This document shows positions 27,558 through 36,142 of a stretch of 64,000 nucleotides of DNA, in pieces. Under the pieces are notes generated by a model that had not been told where the DNA came from, did not search any database, and saw only the letters and a list, made by a program, of their open reading frames with translations. The position numbers and the translations under genes were made by a program. Origin of the DNA: Dehalococcoidia bacterium (GTDB lineage: Bacteria; Chloroflexota; Dehalococcoidia; Lucifugimonadales; UBA3495); the NCBI GenBank assembly GCA_965204905.1, contig OZ242042.1, positions 2,392,483 to 2,456,482 of the forward strand. Reading direction: 5' to 3'. Position 1 is the stretch's first letter, and each line of letters begins with the position of its first letter.

Positions 27558-27573
27558 CGAATCTCGCATTTTG

Positions 27574-28788
27574 CTAAACCGCCCCCGGCCGCGCCAACGC
27601 CGCCAAATCCCCGGCCGAATAGCCCAGCAACCCGCAGTACACCTCCGCGTTATGCTCGCCCAGCAGCGGCGCGCGGGTTAGCGTCGTGGGGGTTTCGCTG
27701 AGTTGGAAGGGGGCGCCGGTGTATTCCAGGGGGCCGGTTTCGGGGTGGTTGACCTGCGCGTAGAAGTTGCGTTCACGCTGCTGGGGACTGGTGAAAACCT
27801 CGGACGGGGTGTAGTAGGGCGCGACGGGGACGCCGTGGGCCTGGCCCTCCGCGTAGAGCCACTCGCGGGTGTGCCGGCTGAACCACTCGCGCATGTGGCG
27901 GTTCAACTCGGGGCCGTGGGTGGCCGGGTCGCTGAACATCTCCGGCTTGGCCCAATCAGGATTGCCCATGAACTCAAGCAAGCCCTGGAACTGGCGTGGC
28001 TCCAGCGTCAGCAACTCCACGTAGCCGTCGGATGCCGGCAACACGCCGCCGACGCGGAAGTAGCGGGAGAAACGAGTCTCCGTGATGCCCTCGGACTCGT
28101 GGCGCTGGATGGGCATGTAGCCGACGGACAGCTGCGCCTCCTGCGCCGATGCGTCCACCATCTGCCCCGATGTGTCGGGGTCAGCCAGGCGATGATGGAC
28201 GGCGGCCAATGCGCCCACGGCAGCGGTGAGTCCCGCCTGGTAATCGCCCATGTTGGCTCCGGCGACGATGGGCGGTCGGTCCGGGAAAGTATCCAGGGCG
28301 ACACCGTTGGGTAGCAGCCAGCCCTCGCCGCCAGCGTGGAACGTCGCTAGGTGTCCAGCGCGGTAGTCGGCGTAAGTCCCACTGCTGCCGAATGGCGTAA
28401 TCGGGACGATGATGACGCCAGGATTGGCGGCCAGCAACGAATCGGAGTCCAGTCCGACGGCAGCAGCATCGGCCGGCGTATAGTCATGCACCACCATATC
28501 CACGCGGGCAACCAGTTGCCGCAGCAGGTCGCGCCCGGCCGGGTCGTGCAGGTTCAGGCTAATGCTCTGCTTGCCGGTGTTCAGGTACAAGTACAGCCCG
28601 CTGCGCTCGGGATGAGGAACGTCGTCAGGGAAGGGTCCGCGCCGTCGGGACGGATCGCCGGCGCCGGGCGGCTCGACCTTGATGACGGTTGCGCCGAGCG
28701 ACGCCAGCAGCTTGCCGCAGTAAGGGCCGGGGATGAGCGAGGCAACCTCCAGCACGCGGAGGTTGGGTAGGGCGGTGGGGGTGGTCAT
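27574..28788 (-). CDS. family III CoA-transferase (CaiB/BaiF family), paralog 2
   Basis: LPNLRVLEVASLIPGPYCGKLLASLGATVIKVEPP N-terminus. The ATG overlaps the upstream Uma2 stop (ATGA). Confidence 0.85.
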   Translation of the reverse strand: MTTPTALPNLRVLEVASLIPGPYCGKLLASLGATVIKVEPPGAGDPSRRRGPFPDDVPHPERSGLYLYLNTGKQSISLNLHDPAGRDLLRQLVARVDMVVHDYTPADAAAVGLDSDSLLAANPGVIIVPITPFGSSGTYADYRAGHLATFHAGGEGWLLPNGVALDTFPDRPPIVAGANMGDYQAGLTAAVGALAAVHHRLADPDTSGQMVDASAQEAQLSVGYMPIQRHESEGITETRFSRYFRVGGVLPASDGYVELLTLEPRQFQGLLEFMGNPDWAKPEMFSDPATHGPELNRHMREWFSRHTREWLYAEGQAHGVPVAPYYTPSEVFTSPQQRERNFYAQVNHPETGPLEYTGAPFQLSETPTTLTRAPLLGEHNAEVYCGLLGYSAGDLAALARPGAV

Positions 28789-29432
28789 ATGTCGAAGACG
28801 TACTGTCTAACCGGGAAGGAGAAGCCGGGCAGTACGTCCTCCCCGTCCAGAGTATCAGGGTCATTCAGCAACTGCGGTTCCGGCTGGCCGGCGCGATAGA
28901 CGTGAACCTGTCGCTGGCGCGCGTCTATGAGCCATCCAAGACGGGTTCCAGCTGCCATCCATTCGGCCATCTTATTTTGCAACGGACGTAGATTGTCAGT
29001 GCGTGATCGGATTTCCACCACGAAATCCGGAGCGCCCTCGATGATGGTATCCCGTTCGAGTTCCGGTAGCGCGTCAAATCGCTCTTGCGTTATCCAAGCG
29101 GCATCGGGTCCCAGGACTGCGCCGGACGGAAGCCGAAATCGAACGGTTTGTGATGAGGCGCTGCCGCCGTTAGCAAGCTCCCAGTTGCCAAGCAATACGG
29201 CAAAGTAAAACTCGTGCTTGTTGCCGCGGTATCCGGTCATAGGCAGTATCAGCAGCTCCCCTTCGGCGTTGACCTCCATCTCGTACAGATCGTTCTGCTC
29301 ACAGAACTCTATGAAGCGGGCCGGAAAATCGTCGGCCCGGTGGTCTATACCCAGAGCCGAAAGGCGCAGGACGATTGCGCCGTCGGGTGCGATGGCGGTG
29401 GAGCCGGTCGTGGGTTTGAGCTTGGTCGTCAT
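28785..29432 (-). CDS. Uma2 (DUF820) family endonuclease-like protein
   Basis: EVNAEGELLILPMTG..., VLGPDAAWI, and APDFVVEIRSRTD..KMAEWMAAGTRLGWLID form the Uma2 PD-(D/E)xK core. Confidence 0.8.
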   Translation of the reverse strand: MTTKLKPTTGSTAIAPDGAIVLRLSALGIDHRADDFPARFIEFCEQNDLYEMEVNAEGELLILPMTGYRGNKHEFYFAVLLGNWELANGGSASSQTVRFRLPSGAVLGPDAAWITQERFDALPELERDTIIEGAPDFVVEIRSRTDNLRPLQNKMAEWMAAGTRLGWLIDARQRQVHVYRAGQPEPQLLNDPDTLDGEDVLPGFSFPVRQYVFDI

Positions 29433-29456
29433 CGGTGATGCTCGCCGCGGCAGTCC

Positions 29457-30692
29457 TCACACAGGCAAAATCGGCGGCGCCTCCTCCGGCAGCGTAACGT
29501 CGCGCAGCGACAGGTGGCTGCCGTCGGTGAACCAGGGGTTGCGGGGGTCGCGGGACGGGAGTTGAACCGTGGCCATCCCGGGGGCCGTGATTTCGCCGCG
29601 CTGGTTTTCGGCCCAGATGTCCACGTCCACCAGGGCGTTGCCCTTGTGTACGTACTTGCGGGCGACGCGGCCTTTGAGGAACTGGGTGTCGCCATAGACG
29701 TTGAAGCGGCGGGTCTCGACGCGGAGGCGCTTCAGGAAGGCGTCGTCGCCCATCCAGTTGGTCATCAGGGTGCCGAGCCATGAGACGCGCTGCGGGCCGT
29801 AGTCGTAGGCGCCGGGGACGCCCACGGCCTCGGCGACGGAATCGCGCAGGTGGCCTATGCCGGTGTATTCCAGGCCGCCGCCCGACTCAGGGTTGCGGAA
29901 GAAGTGGTTGGGATGGCGCATGGCCTCGCGGAGCAGGACGCCGTGGGCGCTGGAGCGTCCGGTGCCTACCAGGAACGCGCTCACGTCCTGCAAAGACAGA
30001 GGCCCGCGCACGACGGTAGGCAGTTCCTCGCCGATTTCGGTGTCCTCCCAGTAACGGGGTTGCCCGCCGCGAGCCGTCTCGTTTAGCACCTGCTCGTCGA
30101 TGGCCGCCAGTTCCTCCTCAGTGTACTCGTGGCGCTTGGGCACGTCGGCGTACTTGCCCCGCTCGCGGGAGGCGCGCCGCTGGTGGCGAGTACACCAGCC
30201 CACCACGCGGGCCACCACCTCGTCCCGCTGGTTGGAGTAGGTGGTCTCAACGTACTGGATGACCAGGCGGCCAGAGTATTGGCTCCGCTTCTCCTGAACG
30301 TCCAGCACGCGCTCGACGCAGTTGACGGCATCGCCGGGCCGCAGCACGCGGAAGAACTCCCAGTCGTTGCCGGCGAAGAAGCCGTGGACGCCGGGCAGAC
30401 CCCAGCGGGTGCGTCCCGACCAGTGCCGCATGTAGGGCGCGCAGGGATGGCCGACGACGCTGCCGTACTTGGAGTAGGCGGCGTATTCCTGGTCGCGGAA
30501 CAGCGGGTTAGCATCGCCGATGCCGTTGACGAAGTTGAGCATGGTGTCCAGGTTGGCCTGCCGGACGTACTGCTCGGTGCGCATCCGCACGCCGATCATG
30601 GCGCGAGCGGCGGCGAGGGCTTCGTCGGAGATGCCGCCCTCAACTTCGGGCAGGGTTTCCACGACCTGTTGCTGGGATTGTTGCTGCGTCAT
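29457..30692 (-). CDS. MaoC-like/FAS1-like double hot-dog acyl dehydratase (enoyl-CoA hydratase type)
   Basis: The N-terminal half resembles the MaoC-dehydratase N-terminal domain (IGDANPLFRD, GHPCAPYM). The C-terminal half resembles a hot-dog hydratase (YGDTQFLKGRV..ALVDVDIWAENQRGE). It lies in a CoA-transferase context. Confidence 0.6.
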   Translation of the reverse strand: MTQQQSQQQVVETLPEVEGGISDEALAAARAMIGVRMRTEQYVRQANLDTMLNFVNGIGDANPLFRDQEYAAYSKYGSVVGHPCAPYMRHWSGRTRWGLPGVHGFFAGNDWEFFRVLRPGDAVNCVERVLDVQEKRSQYSGRLVIQYVETTYSNQRDEVVARVVGWCTRHQRRASRERGKYADVPKRHEYTEEELAAIDEQVLNETARGGQPRYWEDTEIGEELPTVVRGPLSLQDVSAFLVGTGRSSAHGVLLREAMRHPNHFFRNPESGGGLEYTGIGHLRDSVAEAVGVPGAYDYGPQRVSWLGTLMTNWMGDDAFLKRLRVETRRFNVYGDTQFLKGRVARKYVHKGNALVDVDIWAENQRGEITAPGMATVQLPSRDPRNPWFTDGSHLSLRDVTLPEEAPPILPV

Positions 30693-30723
30693 TGCCGATC
30701 CTCTCGGTTGTTCATAATCGCGG

Positions 30724-31992
30724 CTAATATACCACCTGCCGCTCTTCCAACTCAGCCAACTCCCCTGCGCTCAAACCCAGTGTGCCACAGAGGACCTCGC
30801 GGTTGTGCTCGCCCATCAGGGGAGCGTGGCGGCGTACCGCGGACGGGGTTTTACTGAGGCCCCACATCAGGTTGAAGATGGGTTCGGCGCCCAGGGCAGG
30901 ATGGTCGATGTCGCTGTAGAGGCCACGCTCCATGAAATGTGGGTGAAACAGACGCTCCTCGGCGCTGAATACCGGAGCGGCGGCGACGCCATGACTCTGC
31001 AACAAGTCGGTCAGACGGTCGGGATCATGGTGCCCAGTCCATCGGGACAGGAGGGCGTCCAACTCGCGACGGTGTCGCTGACGACGATACTGGCTGCCGA
31101 ACCGTGGGTCATTTGCCCATGCCGGGCTGCCCATTGCAGAGACTAGGCCCTGCCATTCGCTTTCGGTGGCAACCGCTATTGAGATCCACTTGTCGCCACT
31201 TCCGTCGGGGCCCGGGGCGCAGGGGTAATTCCCGTATGGAACCATCGTCGGATCATAGTTGCCGCGAGGTTGCAGCGCCCGACCAGTGAGGGCATGTTCC
31301 ATCAGCCCGACGCCCTGCGTTACTACGGTGGCGCGCAGCATGGACACGTCGATGTACTGCCCCTGACCAGTTTGGTTCCGGCGATAGAGGGACGACACGA
31401 TGGCGAACACGGCGTGCAGCGCGCCGCAGATGTCGCCGAAGGCGTGCTTGAGACCCAGGGGGCCACCGCCCTCGTATCCCATCGTGCTATCGAGGCCAGA
31501 CAGGGCGCCGATGGACGGAGCGTAGGCGCGCAGGTCGCGCAACGGTCCGTCCTGCCCGGTCGAGGATATGGAGGCCATGATGATGTCCGGCTTGATGTCG
31601 CGGAGCGTTTCGTAACCCAGGCCGAGGCGATCCATCACACCCGGCGAAAAGTTCTCGATTACGACGTCGCAACTGGCGACGAGGCGTTTCGCCAGTTCCA
31701 CGGCGTCGGGTTCGCCGATGTTGAGCGTGACGCTGAGTTTGCCCCGGTTGACGTTGTGGAACATAGGGTTCTGCTCGGGGTCGGGCTGGTCGCCTACGAT
31801 GGGTCGGCCCATGCGCATGTAGTCGAGGCGTTGGCGAGTCTCGACCTTGATTACCTCTGCGCCCATGTCGGCCAGCGCCATGCCGGGGATTGCTCCGGCC
31901 AGCACCCAGCCAAAATCCAATACGCGATAGCCAGCCAGCGGGCCGCCGTTCGCATCTCTGTTACTGTTTGAAGTGTTTTCAGACATACGCAT
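30724..31992 (-). CDS. family III CoA-transferase (CaiB/BaiF family), paralog 3
   Basis: LAGYRVLDFGWVLAGAIPGMALADMGAEVIKVE N-terminus and family-wide similarity. Confidence 0.85.
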   Translation of the reverse strand: MRMSENTSNSNRDANGGPLAGYRVLDFGWVLAGAIPGMALADMGAEVIKVETRQRLDYMRMGRPIVGDQPDPEQNPMFHNVNRGKLSVTLNIGEPDAVELAKRLVASCDVVIENFSPGVMDRLGLGYETLRDIKPDIIMASISSTGQDGPLRDLRAYAPSIGALSGLDSTMGYEGGGPLGLKHAFGDICGALHAVFAIVSSLYRRNQTGQGQYIDVSMLRATVVTQGVGLMEHALTGRALQPRGNYDPTMVPYGNYPCAPGPDGSGDKWISIAVATESEWQGLVSAMGSPAWANDPRFGSQYRRQRHRRELDALLSRWTGHHDPDRLTDLLQSHGVAAAPVFSAEERLFHPHFMERGLYSDIDHPALGAEPIFNLMWGLSKTPSAVRRHAPLMGEHNREVLCGTLGLSAGELAELEERQVVY

Positions 31993-32007
31993 CGCCTTGC
32001 CTGCGGG

Positions 32008-32268
32008 TCATTCTCGTTTCCGCTCCGGAACTATCCAGGCTGCGATGGCAGGCATCGCGGCCAACGCAACTGCGCCCGCGATTTTCGTGTACAGCGGTTG
32101 GTACACCAGGCTCACTGTCCAAAACCCAGCGAAAACGATGGCGCCCACGATCATGCCGGCGGCTATGATAATCTCCGGGCGATGGTTTTTACGGAGGGCA
32201 ATCTGCCGGGCGACGAGGCAACTGCCCACGAATACCACCAGACAAATGATTCCGATTCGCAGCAGCAT
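32008..32268 (-). CDS. small three-TM membrane protein
   Basis: MLLRIGIICLVVFVGSCLV.., IIIAAGMIVGAIVFAGFW.., AGAVALAAMPAIAAWIV. The start is trimmed to the ATG at 32268 to avoid overlap with paralog 4. Confidence 0.4.
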   Translation of the reverse strand: MLLRIGIICLVVFVGSCLVARQIALRKNHRPEIIIAAGMIVGAIVFAGFWTVSLVYQPLYTKIAGAVALAAMPAIAAWIVPERKRE

Positions 32269-32279
32269 GGCGGTACCAT

Positions 32280-33485
32280 TCAGATGATTCCGGTCTGATA
32301 CAGCTTGACCAGTTCCGTGGGCGAGTATCCCAATTCTTCGCACAGCACGGCTCGGTTATGTTGACCCAAGGTTGGCGCGGGAGATAGAGGGGCAACATCG
32401 GCGTCGCTCAACTTGTAAGGCGGACCTGGAAAGGCCACCGGGCCGGTATCGTCGCGTTCAATCACCACGAACAGGTCGGCCAGCGACGGATCGGCACGCA
32501 CCTCGTTATAGGTGCGAACCGGAGCCAGCGGGATGCGATGTTCCAGGGCAATTTCCAGCAGTTCGGCCTTGGTGTAATCCGCAAGCCATTCCTCCACGTA
32601 GCGGTCCACCTCATCGGCGTAGAGGTTGTTCATGGCGGTGCGGTTGCGGAATCGTTGCTCCTGGGACCATTCCGGGCTGCCCATGATCTGCAACAGGCGG
32701 CCCCACTGTCGTCCCTCCGGCGAGCCGACGAAGATGTGGCCATCCTTGCAACGCAAGATGCAGTTAGGATACGGGAAGTCCAGGGCGTGATGGCCGGTGC
32801 GACGGGTGACCCGCCATTCGTACACGGCCATGAGCGCTTCCGGCCCGTTGTAGAGGCCGGCCATGGTTTCGGCCTCGGCGATGTCGATATGCTGACCGCC
32901 GCGAGTATCGCGGGCCAGCAAGGCCATGACGATGGCCGACGCCGCGGCCATGCCGGCAAAGTACCCCACTTCCGGCGTACCGAACGTGAGGGGTTCCCGG
33001 TCGGCCTCTCCCAGGCCCTCGCAGATGCCGCCAGCCGCGGCCAAGTTGATGTCATACGCCTTATAGTCGCGCCACGGCCCGGAGAGTCCCCAGGGGCTGA
33101 TGCTGGCCATGACCAGGTTAGGGTTGTCGGCCGCCAGCGCGTCGTAGTCCAACCCGGCCCGTTCCATGTCCACGGGCGGCACGTTGTGTACCAACACGTC
33201 GGAGACGGCGGCCAGGCGCCGCATGATGCTGCGTCCGGTGGGAGTTTTCAGGTTGGCGGTGATCCCCTCCTTGTTGGAGTTCAGGTACAGGAACAGGCCG
33301 CTGCGTTCGGGGTGTGGGACGTCGCTAGGCCAGGGGCCGTAGCGTCGCGCCGGATCACCGTCGTTGGGCGGTTCCAGCTTGGTGACGCGCGCGCCGGCGT
33401 CCGCCAGCAACTTTCCGCAATAGGGGGCGGAGAGCATGGAGCCGATTTCGAGGACGCGAAGGCCGGAGAGCAGGGAGTAGGTCAT
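32280..33485 (-). CDS. family III CoA-transferase (CaiB/BaiF family), paralog 4
   Basis: LSGLRVLEIGSMLSAPYCGKLLADAGARVTKLEPP N-terminus. Closest by eye to paralog 2. Confidence 0.85.
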   Translation of the reverse strand: MTYSLLSGLRVLEIGSMLSAPYCGKLLADAGARVTKLEPPNDGDPARRYGPWPSDVPHPERSGLFLYLNSNKEGITANLKTPTGRSIMRRLAAVSDVLVHNVPPVDMERAGLDYDALAADNPNLVMASISPWGLSGPWRDYKAYDINLAAAGGICEGLGEADREPLTFGTPEVGYFAGMAAASAIVMALLARDTRGGQHIDIAEAETMAGLYNGPEALMAVYEWRVTRRTGHHALDFPYPNCILRCKDGHIFVGSPEGRQWGRLLQIMGSPEWSQEQRFRNRTAMNNLYADEVDRYVEEWLADYTKAELLEIALEHRIPLAPVRTYNEVRADPSLADLFVVIERDDTGPVAFPGPPYKLSDADVAPLSPAPTLGQHNRAVLCEELGYSPTELVKLYQTGII

Positions 33486-33497
33486 GGTGACGGAATC

Positions 33498-34493
33498 CTA
33501 TGCGCTCGATGCAATGATCCGCAAAGTGTGGTTGAAGATTTCGTTAAAGAACTCGGATTGGAGATTTTCATTCGACAATAATTCAACGAGCGGAAAGTCC
33601 TTTTCAAACAATCGGCTTTGGTCAAGCCGTCGCCGCATTTCCGGAGTGATTACGCCGGCGACAAGAAAATTCTTGCAGCGTCGGTTGACTTCAATCGCTG
33701 CTTGAGCGGATTTTTCAGCGGCGCCCAAGCGCTCCAGAGCGCCGGCCGGGTCAATACCACCCTTGATTTCAATCGTGGCTTCAAGCGAATCGTCCTGACG
33801 GAAGGCAACGTCAGGCTCTGAACTGAACGTCATCACGAACCCGTCCCGCAGTATGTAATCTCCATTGCCAGGAACAGCCGGCAGCGAATCGGCATCAGAG
33901 TAGTCCGGGGCTAACAGTAGGGAATTCTCAAACAGGTACTGCAACAGTAAACGACGAATTCTCTGTTCGGAGAGTCTGCCAATTGTATTCCGCATCGAAC
34001 CATCGAAGGTTATGCCCAACGATGCGATGATATTGCGGTAGCCGTTTTCCAGAGTCCAGTCCGTGGTGTTTTCTACGATTGACGAAATTACGCTGTTGTA
34101 CAGTCCGGCAACTTGTCTGGCGGGTTCAGGCGTCACCCTCGGCTTGCGCCGTCTTTCGTCTGGAGGAGATTCCCAGTTGACCACCGAGCGCGCCTGGTTC
34201 TGCACTTCTTTCAAGGATAGCCCACCGATGCCCCGGTAGTATAGTGACACGAAAGGCTCTTCCACCAGCATATTGGGATGACAGAATACGCTGACCGGGT
34301 TCAGCCGCAAGCTACGCACGTGTTCCCACGCACCTTGGGAGATCAGGTATGACTCAATGGACTCGGCAAAGTCGAAGCGACTGCTAAGAGACGCCACTGC
34401 AAGGCGCACTCTTGCATCCAGTCGCTTTTGCAGACTGTCTGTGAGATTTTGCGAACGCAACTGGCTGAGCCGCCGCCGGTAGTCGCTACTCAT
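33498..34493 (-). CDS. putative type II restriction endonuclease (PD-(D/E)xK)
   Basis: The ATG at 34493 overlaps the methyltransferase TGA (ATGA). The C-terminal SSEPDVAF...LEATIEIKGGIDPAGALERLGAAEKS fits a PD...E-x-K catalytic core. GC is lower here (30/60 in the line at 33961). Confidence 0.55.
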   Translation of the reverse strand: MSSDYRRRLSQLRSQNLTDSLQKRLDARVRLAVASLSSRFDFAESIESYLISQGAWEHVRSLRLNPVSVFCHPNMLVEEPFVSLYYRGIGGLSLKEVQNQARSVVNWESPPDERRRKPRVTPEPARQVAGLYNSVISSIVENTTDWTLENGYRNIIASLGITFDGSMRNTIGRLSEQRIRRLLLQYLFENSLLLAPDYSDADSLPAVPGNGDYILRDGFVMTFSSEPDVAFRQDDSLEATIEIKGGIDPAGALERLGAAEKSAQAAIEVNRRCKNFLVAGVITPEMRRRLDQSRLFEKDFPLVELLSNENLQSEFFNEIFNHTLRIIASSA

Positions 34494-35950
34494 CTTCGCA
34501 CCCACCAATAGACGCATTTCCGCAGTTCCTTGCGGCCAAACCGTCCCATCTGCTGACTGGCGTTGCCTTTGCCCCTAGCCAACGTCCAAATCACTTTTGT
34601 GTGAAACCCGCATTGCTCGGCAAGGTCGGACAATATCAAATCCACCGGCACTTCTTCGCCGTGATACTGCACGTTGTCGTTCACCATAAATACCGACGCG
34701 CCGGGTCGGCAGACTCTCGACAGCTCGGAGACTACTACCGACATTTCCATGAAGTAATTCCGAACCAACCGTATGACGTGCGGGTTAGGCAGTTCACCCC
34801 GTTGATTGGCGCTCTCCAAGGCCTCCGTTATTTCCCTAATCGCCCCGTGCCGATCAAATCGGGCCAGCGCATCGCCGTGGCCAGCCGAAAGCTGCTCGCG
34901 CTTGGAACGGTTTTCAACGGTGGCTGACAGCAAACTCTGGCGCAGCGTGCTGATGCCCTGGTTATCGTAACCCAGCCAAGCTAACTCCAGCGCGTAGGTA
35001 CGGGTGTAATCGTACCGATTGGCGTAAGGCGGTGAGGTAATCACTGCATCAACGGAGTCAGTGGGTAATTCTGGCAGGGCATCGTAACAGGAACTTTCAA
35101 TAATCCGTACATCTTCAGCCTCATAACGCCCAGCCAATGCCGGCAAGTCCGCGGCGATATTGTCAATCCTACTGTGCAGAGACACCTCGTAAGGCAATAC
35201 GTGCCGTTTCTCCATCCGGGCCTTGAGTTTACGACCGGAGCGATGATCCCAGCGCAGATACTGGCCGTCTTTGCTGGTCCAGCTGGCATCTTCCAGAGCT
35301 GCCATTGCAGCCAGCGCGAGCAGTGCGGTCTCTGGCGTTGCTTCCGCCTGACGCAACCAGTTGCGGGCAGCAGCTATCTTGGCCTCACTGTCCGATGGGA
35401 ACGCCTTTTCGGTGATACGAATGTGGGGGAACCAATCCACTTCCGGCGCGCCGCGCGCAGTTGCAACGTATTTCAGGAAAGCCGTCGCTTGCCGCCCAAA
35501 AGCCGAGTGGTCAATGGCAGGGGCGGCCAACAAGGCGTTAGAGACATTAACCCCTACCGGCAATATCTCGACGCCTATTCCCTGCCATCCTTCGCGGGCC
35601 GCAGTAATTGGCGCAATGCCGGTGCCGGCGAATGGGTCCAGCAGGAGACCGCGTTCGTCCAGAAAACCCAGCAGATAGCACACCAAGGCAGCACTGAAAC
35701 CTTCCTTGAACTTGAACCACCGAAACCCCGGAGTTTGTCTATTGGATTGCCAAGAAACCAACGAACGCGACAGGTCGGGATTGACGGCGATTCGGTCAGC
35801 AAAGCGCGCCAGCAATCCATCCCGCCGGCGCGTCGTTGCGCTAGAGGTGGGGGTTCCGTCAGTAGAGAACTCCGGGAACGCGCGGTTTCCTCTAATGGTG
35901 TCGAGCAAACTCGTCATAATGTGCGCTGACCGCGCCATCGGTTGTCGCAT
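34490..35950 (-). CDS. N6-adenine/N4-cytosine DNA methyltransferase
   Basis: AdoMet motif I LLDPFAGTGIAPITAA and catalytic motif IV ITSPPYANRYDY ~200 aa downstream. The ORF stays open to a GTG at 36022; the ATG at 35950 was chosen. Confidence 0.8.
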   Translation of the reverse strand: MRQPMARSAHIMTSLLDTIRGNRAFPEFSTDGTPTSSATTRRRDGLLARFADRIAVNPDLSRSLVSWQSNRQTPGFRWFKFKEGFSAALVCYLLGFLDERGLLLDPFAGTGIAPITAAREGWQGIGVEILPVGVNVSNALLAAPAIDHSAFGRQATAFLKYVATARGAPEVDWFPHIRITEKAFPSDSEAKIAAARNWLRQAEATPETALLALAAMAALEDASWTSKDGQYLRWDHRSGRKLKARMEKRHVLPYEVSLHSRIDNIAADLPALAGRYEAEDVRIIESSCYDALPELPTDSVDAVITSPPYANRYDYTRTYALELAWLGYDNQGISTLRQSLLSATVENRSKREQLSAGHGDALARFDRHGAIREITEALESANQRGELPNPHVIRLVRNYFMEMSVVVSELSRVCRPGASVFMVNDNVQYHGEEVPVDLILSDLAEQCGFHTKVIWTLARGKGNASQQMGRFGRKELRKCVYWWVRR

Positions 35951-36010
35951 GGTATCCAGGATGCGCAAGTTTCCCCCAGCACCGTGTAGGGCGTCAACCC
36001 TATGGCGGTC

Positions 36011-36036
36011 ATTATGTTGCACTGCTCGCCGCCAGT
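36011..36036. repeat. 26-nt conserved motif, copy A
   Basis: ATTATGTTGCACTGCTCGCCGCCAGT matches copy B at 23/26 positions in the same orientation. Confidence 0.75.
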
Positions 36037-36142
36037 AATACGATTTCTACGACAACCCGATTCCCCTACATGAGGTAGGCCATACCAAAGATTCGGAGCG
36101 CACCTCCCCATCTCGGGTGTCTGGTGGAACATCCGCGTCCAA

